From assembly GCA_964429465.1 (NCBI GenBank), contig CAYSCA010000002.1, positions 7,702 through 71,701 on the forward strand: 64,000 nt of DNA, read 5' to 3'. The translations under genes were made by a program, and so were the position numbers. Positions 17,136 to 23,611 of the stretch are shown here, piece by piece. This DNA comes from an uncultured Rhodospirillaceae bacterium (lineage in GTDB: Bacteria; Pseudomonadota; Alphaproteobacteria; Ferrovibrionales; Ferrovibrionaceae). The stretch's first letter is position 1. Each line of letters begins with the position of its first letter. The notes under the pieces were generated by a model. The model was given only the letters and a program-made list of their open reading frames with translations. It ran no database searches and was not told the origin of the DNA.

Positions 17136-19268
17136 ATGAAACCGCAGAGGAAACGGATCGCCATTCTGGGTGGCGGCGTCGCCGCGTTGACCAGCGCCTT
17201 CTATCTGGCCAGCCGGCCCGGTGCTGCCGAACTATACGACATCACGATCTATTCGCTCGGCTGGCGGCTGGGCGGTAAATGTGCCACCGGGCGCAATCTG
17301 GATATGGCATACCGGATCGAGGAACACGGCATCCACGGTTTCCTTGGATCCTACTACAACACATTGTCCCTGATGACGCGGACCTATGACATGCTTGGCC
17401 GCAAGCCGGGAGAGCCGCTGGCGAGCTTTGAGGAGGCCTTCTATCCGATCGACTCTATTGTGTGCTGGGAATTCCGCGACAGCCGCTGGGTGAGCTGGCC
17501 GATCACCATGCCGCGCAACAGCCTGAAACCCTGGGAGCCGGAATCCCTTCCGGAGCTGCGGGACTGGATAAAGGCACTGATTACGTTCATGGGCGGGCTG
17601 TTCGAGCATCATGCCCGAAACATGTCCACCGGCATGGATATGGGCCTGGCGGGCCGGCTCATGAAGCGCCTCCTGAATGAGGCGGAATCGGTGATCGAGG
17701 GGCGTGGCCATGCTCTGCTGGAAGCGATCTGGCTGGGCTTCAAGCATGAGGCCGAGCGCCTGATGGAAGGCAACGATGCCCTGCGCCATCTGTACATGAC
17801 GCTGGATTACTTCCTGACCATTCTGCGCGGCGTTATCAAGGATGATGTGATCAACAAGGGTTTCGACCAGCTGGACGACGAGAATTTCTCGGACTGGTTC
17901 GCCCGTCACGGCGGATCGATGCTGACGATCTCCTCGCCGCTCAGCATGAATACGCCAAATCTGTCGTACCAGTACCCGGACGGCGATACCACGAGGCCGC
18001 CGCAGATGGCCGCCGGTGCATATCTGCACTGGACGCTTCGTGAATTTGCCTATCTGGGTTCCTTTGGCTGGCTGTTTGCCGCCGGCACCGGCGATACCGT
18101 TGTGGCGCCGCTTTACCTCGTGCTGAAGCGGCTGGGCGTGAAATTCGAGCTGTTCCACAAAGTGCGCGAGATCACCGCGGCAGGCAAATCCGTCGACGAG
18201 GTGGTCTTCGATATCCAGGCGACGCCGAAAGATCCCGCCAAAGGCTATGATCCGCTGATCGAGCTGCCGCTGCAGCAGTTCGGCGGCCGGAGCTTGCCGG
18301 TCTGGCCCGATCGCCCCCTCTACGACCAGCTGGTCGAAGGGGAGGCGATGAAGGCCGCCGGACCCGATATCGAATCCTACTGGTCGTCATGGAAGCCTGT
18401 TGCCGAAAAGCGACTCAAGGCCGGCCGCGACTTCGACACGGTGATCTGCGCGATCTCCATCGGCGCACTGCCGATCATTGCGCCGCGGCTGATGCAGGCC
18501 GATCCAAGATGGCCGGCCATGACCGAAGCGATCAAGACGGTGCAGACCCAGACGCTGCAGATCTGGATGAAGCGCACGCTCAAGGAGATGGGACTCCCAT
18601 TCGACTTCAAGAACTATGACCGGCTGATCGGCGCAACCTTCGTCAACCCGATCGACGGCGTGGCAGATTTCACCGATCTGATCCCGGTGGAAGCCTGGCC
18701 GGAAGACAACGCGCCCCGGTCGCTGCTCTATTTTTCCGGCGCCACGCCGCAATACGGCGCGCAACCTCCGTTCAGCGATCACGATTACCCCAAACGCGAA
18801 TATGCCCGGGTAAAATACCAGGCGCAGCAATATCTGCAGGCCAGCATGGGTATCCTGTTGCCGAAAGCGGTGACCAACGCCGTCAATCCGCCGGGAGATC
18901 AGATCGGATTCGACTTTTCCGAACTGGTTTGCCTGAAAAACGACGCAGCCACGTTAGGCGTGGCGCGGCTGGATCAGCAATTCTGGAAGCCGAATATCGA
19001 TCCCAGCGAACGCTACGTCACCTCGCCGCCGGGCAGCACCAAATACCGCCTGAAGGCCTGGGATTCCGGTTTCAGCAACCTCGTCCTGGCCGGCGACTGG
19101 ATCTATACCGGGCTGAATGTCGGCAGTTTCGAGGGGGCCTGTATGGGCGGCAAGCTGGCGGCGCACGCGATAGATCCTGAAGCGATGCCATTGCAATCGG
19201 TGTACGGTTACCCGCCGTCGCAGGGACGGCCGGCAGTGACTCCGGAGCCGGAGATCACACCAGCCTGA
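17136..19268 (+). CDS. FAD/NAD(P)-binding oxidoreductase (amine-oxidase / phytoene-desaturase-like), 710 aa
   Basis: ATG 17136 follows GGGAGGGGGG. Dinucleotide fold 'RIAILGGGVAALTSAFYLA'. C-terminal FAD motif 'LVLAGDWIYTGLNVGSFEGACMGG'. Confidence 0.75.
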   Translation: MKPQRKRIAILGGGVAALTSAFYLASRPGAAELYDITIYSLGWRLGGKCATGRNLDMAYRIEEHGIHGFLGSYYNTLSLMTRTYDMLGRKPGEPLASFEEAFYPIDSIVCWEFRDSRWVSWPITMPRNSLKPWEPESLPELRDWIKALITFMGGLFEHHARNMSTGMDMGLAGRLMKRLLNEAESVIEGRGHALLEAIWLGFKHEAERLMEGNDALRHLYMTLDYFLTILRGVIKDDVINKGFDQLDDENFSDWFARHGGSMLTISSPLSMNTPNLSYQYPDGDTTRPPQMAAGAYLHWTLREFAYLGSFGWLFAAGTGDTVVAPLYLVLKRLGVKFELFHKVREITAAGKSVDEVVFDIQATPKDPAKGYDPLIELPLQQFGGRSLPVWPDRPLYDQLVEGEAMKAAGPDIESYWSSWKPVAEKRLKAGRDFDTVICAISIGALPIIAPRLMQADPRWPAMTEAIKTVQTQTLQIWMKRTLKEMGLPFDFKNYDRLIGATFVNPIDGVADFTDLIPVEAWPEDNAPRSLLYFSGATPQYGAQPPFSDHDYPKREYARVKYQAQQYLQASMGILLPKAVTNAVNPPGDQIGFDFSELVCLKNDAATLGVARLDQQFWKPNIDPSERYVTSPPGSTKYRLKAWDSGFSNLVLAGDWIYTGLNVGSFEGACMGGKLAAHAIDPEAMPLQSVYGYPPSQGRPAVTPEPEITPA

Positions 19269-19323
19269 TACTGGTGGGCTCCTGCCGTGTTGGTTACCAT
19301 TCCGTGCTTTGGGGATTGAATTG

Positions 19324-20340
19324 ATGGGTGCGCCCGGGCCGCTGAATCTGCTGACTGATGTCGAAGGACTGGCTGTGGGCCATGCCGTCGATGAAAGGGT
19401 GCGGACAGGCGTTACCGTCATTCTGCCCGCTGGGCGCGCGGCCTGCTCGGTCGATGTCCGCGGCGGCGGATCGGGAACCCGCGAAACCGACCTGCTGCGG
19501 CCGGAAGCAGCAGCGCAAGCGGTCGACGCCATCTGCCTGGCTGGCGGATCGGCATTCGGCCTCGATGCCGCCGCCGGCATGATGCCATGGCTGGCCAGGC
19601 AGCGGCGCGGCTTCCAGGTGCAGGGCTTCACGGTCCCAATCATCCCGGCGGCGATTCTGTTCGACCTCCATAACGGCGGCGACAAAGACTGGGCCGACAA
19701 TCCGCCCTATCGGCGCCTCGGCCGGGAAGCATGCGAGAATGCCGCCGCGGGCGCCTTTGCACTCGGCAATGCCGGCGCCGGCTACGGAGCGGCCGCCGGC
19801 AGGCTGAAGGGCGGCCTTGGCAGTGCATCCTGGGTAGAAGCCGACGGGCTGGTGGTTGCTGCGCTGATGGCCGTCAATTCGGTGGGCAGCGTGCTGACGC
19901 CGGACAATGAGGGCTTCTGGGCGGCGCCCTACGAACAGAACGGCGAATTCGGGGGGCAGCCGATGGGCGCCAACCGCGGGAATCTGCCGCTTGGCGTTCC
20001 GCCGGAAGCGCGTATCGGCGGGCATACCTGCATCGGCGTTGTGGCCACTAATGCCCCGCTGGACAAAACCGCTCTTCGCCAGGTTGCCGCCATGGCCCAT
20101 GATGGCCTTGCCCGGTCAGTCCGGCCGGTCCATACGCCCTTTGACGGCGATACCATCTTTGCGCTGGCCACTGCTGCGTGGCAGGATGAGCGGGGCGATG
20201 ACGCCAGGCCCTGGCTGATCGCCAGAGTTGGCAGTATCGCCGCCGATTGTGTCGCGCGGGCCGTCGGGCGGGGTGTCTGGATGGCGGAGGGAATCGGCCA
20301 TCTGGGCTCGATCAGAGAGATGGGATTCAGAGGGAGCTGA
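19324..20340 (+). CDS. P1/S58 family peptidase (DmpA-type L-aminopeptidase/D-esterase)
   Basis: 'LLTDVEGLAVGHA...GVTVILP...GGGSGTRETDLL' is the typical DmpA family pattern. ATG 19324 is preferred over the TTG at 19309. Confidence 0.8.
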   Translation: MGAPGPLNLLTDVEGLAVGHAVDERVRTGVTVILPAGRAACSVDVRGGGSGTRETDLLRPEAAAQAVDAICLAGGSAFGLDAAAGMMPWLARQRRGFQVQGFTVPIIPAAILFDLHNGGDKDWADNPPYRRLGREACENAAAGAFALGNAGAGYGAAAGRLKGGLGSASWVEADGLVVAALMAVNSVGSVLTPDNEGFWAAPYEQNGEFGGQPMGANRGNLPLGVPPEARIGGHTCIGVVATNAPLDKTALRQVAAMAHDGLARSVRPVHTPFDGDTIFALATAAWQDERGDDARPWLIARVGSIAADCVARAVGRGVWMAEGIGHLGSIREMGFRGS

Positions 20341-20342
20341 CC

Positions 20343-21875
20343 ATGAACAACAAGATCATCGGGGCGATTGTCGCGATTGCAGTCGTCGCAGGTGGCGGCT
20401 GGTATTACATGCAATCCGGCGGGGAAGTGGCGCACGCGCCGAATGCCGCCCCGGCCAAGGATGATATCGTCATCGGAATGGCGCTTGAGCCGCCGGGGCT
20501 GGATCCGACTATCGCCCCCGCAGCGGCAATCGGCGAAATCACGCATCTCAATATCTTTGAGGGCCTGACCCGCATCCAGGAAAATGGTGAGGTTGCGCCG
20601 CTGCTGGCCGAGAGCTGGACTGTCTCGCCGGACATGATGACTTTTACCTTCAAGCTGAAATCCGGCGTCAAGTTCCAGGACGGCACCGCGTTCGATTCCG
20701 CCGACGTGAAATACTCGTTCGAGAAATATGCCGGCGAGAAGAGCACCAACAAGCGGAAGGCTGTTTTCACCAATATGGCCTCGGTGGAGGCGCCCGATGC
20801 AACCACTGTGGTCGTCACGCTGAAGAAGCCGGACCCAACCCTGCTGTTCAGCCTCGGCGAGAACACCGCCGTCATCACCGCGCCGGAATCCAGCGATACG
20901 AACGCGACGAAACCGCTCGGAACCGGCCCCTACAAGTTCGAAAGCTGGGTGAAAGGTGATTCGGTCACGCTGACCGCAGCCGATACCTACCGTGACAAAG
21001 GGGCCATCAAGATCAAGACGGCCAAGTTCCGCTTCATTTCCGATCCGGGCGCAATGGTAGCGGCGATGCAGGCCGGCGATATCGATGCGATCCCGATCGG
21101 CATCACCGGGGAGAACGTCGCGCAATTCGAGAAGGACAAGCGCTTCAAGGTCACTATCGGCTCCACCGAAGGCGAGACGATGCTGATCATGAACAACAAG
21201 CGCAAGCCGCTGGATGACGTGCGGGTACGGCGCGCCATCAGCTATGCGCTGGACCGGAAGGCGATCATTGATGGCGTCAATTCCGGCTACGGCAAGCCGA
21301 TCGGCAGCCACTTCCCGCCGCATGATCCGGCGTATGTCGACCTGACCGGCATGTATCCCCATGACCCGGCCAAGGCCAAGGCGCTATTGCAGGAGGCCGG
21401 CATCAGCAATCTTGAACTGACACTGAAATTGCCGCCGCCGGCCTATGCCCGCCGCGGCGGAGAAATTATCGCAGCCATGCTGGCGGAGGTCGGGATCACC
21501 GCGAAAATCGAGAATGTCGAATGGGCCCAGTGGCTCGATACGGCGTTCAAGAACAAGAACTTCGACCTGACCATCGTCAGCCATGTCGAGCCGAATGACT
21601 ACGTCAAGTACGCCGATGTGAACTACTACTATCAGTATGACAGCAAGGAAGTGCAGGACCTGATCGCCAAGGCAAATTCCACGCTGGATAAAGCCGAGCG
21701 CACCAAGGCTCTGCAGCAGATGCAGCGCAAGATTGCCGAAGATGCGGTCAACGGCTTTCTCTATAACCTGCCCCGTATCGGCGTCTACAAAGCCGGTCTG
21801 GCCGGCTTCTGGGTCAACGCACCGATCTTCGTGAACGATCTGGCGGCGGTGTCCTGGCAGCAGGCCGGCAGCTGA
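20343..21875 (+). CDS. ABC transporter substrate-binding protein, family 5 (orphan, no adjacent permease)
   Basis: ATG 20343 follows GAGGGAG. Signal/anchor 'MNNKIIGAIVAIAVVAGGGWYY' and a family-5 body. Confidence 0.85.
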   Translation: MNNKIIGAIVAIAVVAGGGWYYMQSGGEVAHAPNAAPAKDDIVIGMALEPPGLDPTIAPAAAIGEITHLNIFEGLTRIQENGEVAPLLAESWTVSPDMMTFTFKLKSGVKFQDGTAFDSADVKYSFEKYAGEKSTNKRKAVFTNMASVEAPDATTVVVTLKKPDPTLLFSLGENTAVITAPESSDTNATKPLGTGPYKFESWVKGDSVTLTAADTYRDKGAIKIKTAKFRFISDPGAMVAAMQAGDIDAIPIGITGENVAQFEKDKRFKVTIGSTEGETMLIMNNKRKPLDDVRVRRAISYALDRKAIIDGVNSGYGKPIGSHFPPHDPAYVDLTGMYPHDPAKAKALLQEAGISNLELTLKLPPPAYARRGGEIIAAMLAEVGITAKIENVEWAQWLDTAFKNKNFDLTIVSHVEPNDYVKYADVNYYYQYDSKEVQDLIAKANSTLDKAERTKALQQMQRKIAEDAVNGFLYNLPRIGVYKAGLAGFWVNAPIFVNDLAAVSWQQAGS

Positions 21876-21893
21876 TCGGTCTGCTCTGAATGT

Positions 21894-21931
21894 AAAAAAA
21901 AAGCCCGCCGGGGAGACCCGGCGGGCTTTTT
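21894..21931. terminator. bidirectional intrinsic terminator
   Basis: A9 run, perfect 10-bp GC stem gcccgccggg / cccggcgggc with loop gaga, then a T5 run. Lies between convergent genes ending at 21875 (+) and 21950 (-). Confidence 0.85.
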
Positions 21932-21949
21932 CCTGTTCGGCGCCATGGA

Positions 21950-23143
21950 TCAGCGCACGAAGACATGCACCTCGTTGGCGGCGCTCTGGGCGTTGCTGGC
22001 GGCTGCCACATTCACCCGGCTGGCCGGCAGTCCCATATCGGCCAAGGAGCGCAGCACGCGATCGGCATTGCGCCGCGCCTGGTTCTGGTTGCTGGCTGCC
22101 TGGGCCGGGGTCCCGCCTGCGGCGATGGCGACCACATCGAACATGGCATTCGGCTTGCGGGCCAGCGCCTGCGACACGGCATTGTAGAGCGCCTGCTGGT
22201 AGGGGACATCGGCGCGATCGAAACGGATCACCACCAGCGGCGTACGGCCGACGGTGCTGACCGGCGCCGCGGTATCGGCGGCCGCGAATTGCTGCGCGCC
22301 GGCGAAATAGGTCGCGCGGTTGCCAAGCGCCGGGCCCAGCAGCTCACCCTGCTTGATGGCGGCCGAAAGCGTCGTGAGATTGGTCCGCTCACTGCCGACA
22401 TAATTGGTCTGCCGGGCGACATCCTGGCTGAGTTCGCCCAGGAGGCGGTCGATCAGCACCACGGTCTTGGCGGTTTCATCCTCCAGGACGGCCAGCTGGC
22501 GGTGATCCTCGTCAATCGCCCCCGACAGGCTGTAGGTCGACTTGATCGATTGCAGCAGGTAGGTGGCCATCGCCGAATCGGCGGCCACCTGGTTGCCCAG
22601 GCTGCTGAGCTGGTTCACGTCGGCAGCCATCTGGTCCAGCTGGACCTGGGCCTGATTCCACTGGCTGATCAGGATCGGGTTGCCAGGTGTGGTGCCCATC
22701 TGCAAACGGGTACTGACCGCGGCGACAAGTCCATGATAACGCTGGGAATTTTGAGTTGCCTGATTGCGGACGGTCTGCAGCGACTGGTTGCGCTGGGTTA
22801 CCTGCTGCTGCAGCTGCGCGAGCTCCCCGCGCATCTGCTGGACCTTCTGGCCGACATAGGTGCCGGTCGACTGGCCGGGGGTAACGCCGGGAACCACGAA
22901 ATTCGTGCTGCCCATGGTGGGCGGGCTAAGCGTGGGCTGCGGGTTGGCTTCGGCCGGAGAGGCCGGAATCTGCTGAGCATTGGCGACCGGGGCCTGACCA
23001 GCCGGATCGTCTCCGGTCAGCGAGGGCCACAATTCGTCGGAAACGTAGGAGCAACCGGAGAGCAGAAGCGCTGCTGTGGCCAGAGTCCCCGCCGAGGCCA
23101 GACCGCGACGCCGCAGCGCCGGATTATGAACAAGATGTGCCAT
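21950..23143 (-). CDS. lipoprotein, Q/N-rich coiled-coil-like middle, function unknown
   Basis: Lipobox 'ALLLSGC' after a basic n-region ('MAHLVHNPALRRRGLASAGTLATAALLLSGC'). Start is uncertain (ATG 23143 or 23182; the track ORF extends to 23287). Confidence 0.65.
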   Translation of the reverse strand: MAHLVHNPALRRRGLASAGTLATAALLLSGCSYVSDELWPSLTGDDPAGQAPVANAQQIPASPAEANPQPTLSPPTMGSTNFVVPGVTPGQSTGTYVGQKVQQMRGELAQLQQQVTQRNQSLQTVRNQATQNSQRYHGLVAAVSTRLQMGTTPGNPILISQWNQAQVQLDQMAADVNQLSSLGNQVAADSAMATYLLQSIKSTYSLSGAIDEDHRQLAVLEDETAKTVVLIDRLLGELSQDVARQTNYVGSERTNLTTLSAAIKQGELLGPALGNRATYFAGAQQFAAADTAAPVSTVGRTPLVVIRFDRADVPYQQALYNAVSQALARKPNAMFDVVAIAAGGTPAQAASNQNQARRNADRVLRSLADMGLPASRVNVAAASNAQSAANEVHVFVR

Positions 23144-23405
23144 GCCGCGCCGTCTCGCGTTGCTATTATAATGACTTGTCATGCTGGCCTGAGGCCCCCC
23201 GTTGCACATGGCGCAACCGTCGCCGCGCGACCGGTACACACCCTCTGCTAACATGCCTATTCTACGGGCGCGCCGGACCGCTCGCAAGCTTCATCTGTGA
23301 GTAGAATCCGAGGGTTGTGGGCGACAGAACCAGTCCAGTCAGGGCCCTTGCATAGCCGGGGCTAATTGAGTAGGTTCCGCCCCCGTCGCGGTTTTCGCCG
23401 CTTGC

Positions 23406-23482
23406 GCGCTCGTAGCTCAGCTGGATAGAGCACCAGACTACGAATCTGGGGGTCAGGAGTTCGAATCTCTTCGAGCGCGCCA
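23406..23482 (+). tRNA. tRNA-Arg (anticodon ACG), CCA encoded
   Basis: Cloverleaf read by eye: acceptor GCGCTCG/CGAGCGC, D arm GCTC-AGCTGGATA-GAGC, anticodon stem CCAGA/TCTGG with loop CTACGAA, T arm AGGAG-TTCGAAT-CTCTT, discriminator G, then CCA. Confidence 0.9.
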
Positions 23483-23611
23483 TTTTCCCAATAATTTAAC
23501 CCCAACCTCCCGGTGCCCGCGCCTGCGCTGCTGTCCCGGAACCAGACCTTCGGCGGTGACGATCCGCGGGGCGCAGAATGAGTTGTGTGGCGAAGTTTCC
23601 CCAAGCGGAAT

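Noticed and set aside
23262-23604. Two small minus-strand ORFs (73 and 80 aa) overlapping the tRNA-Arg gene
   Set aside because: They are antisense to a well-folded tRNA and have no RBS or motifs.
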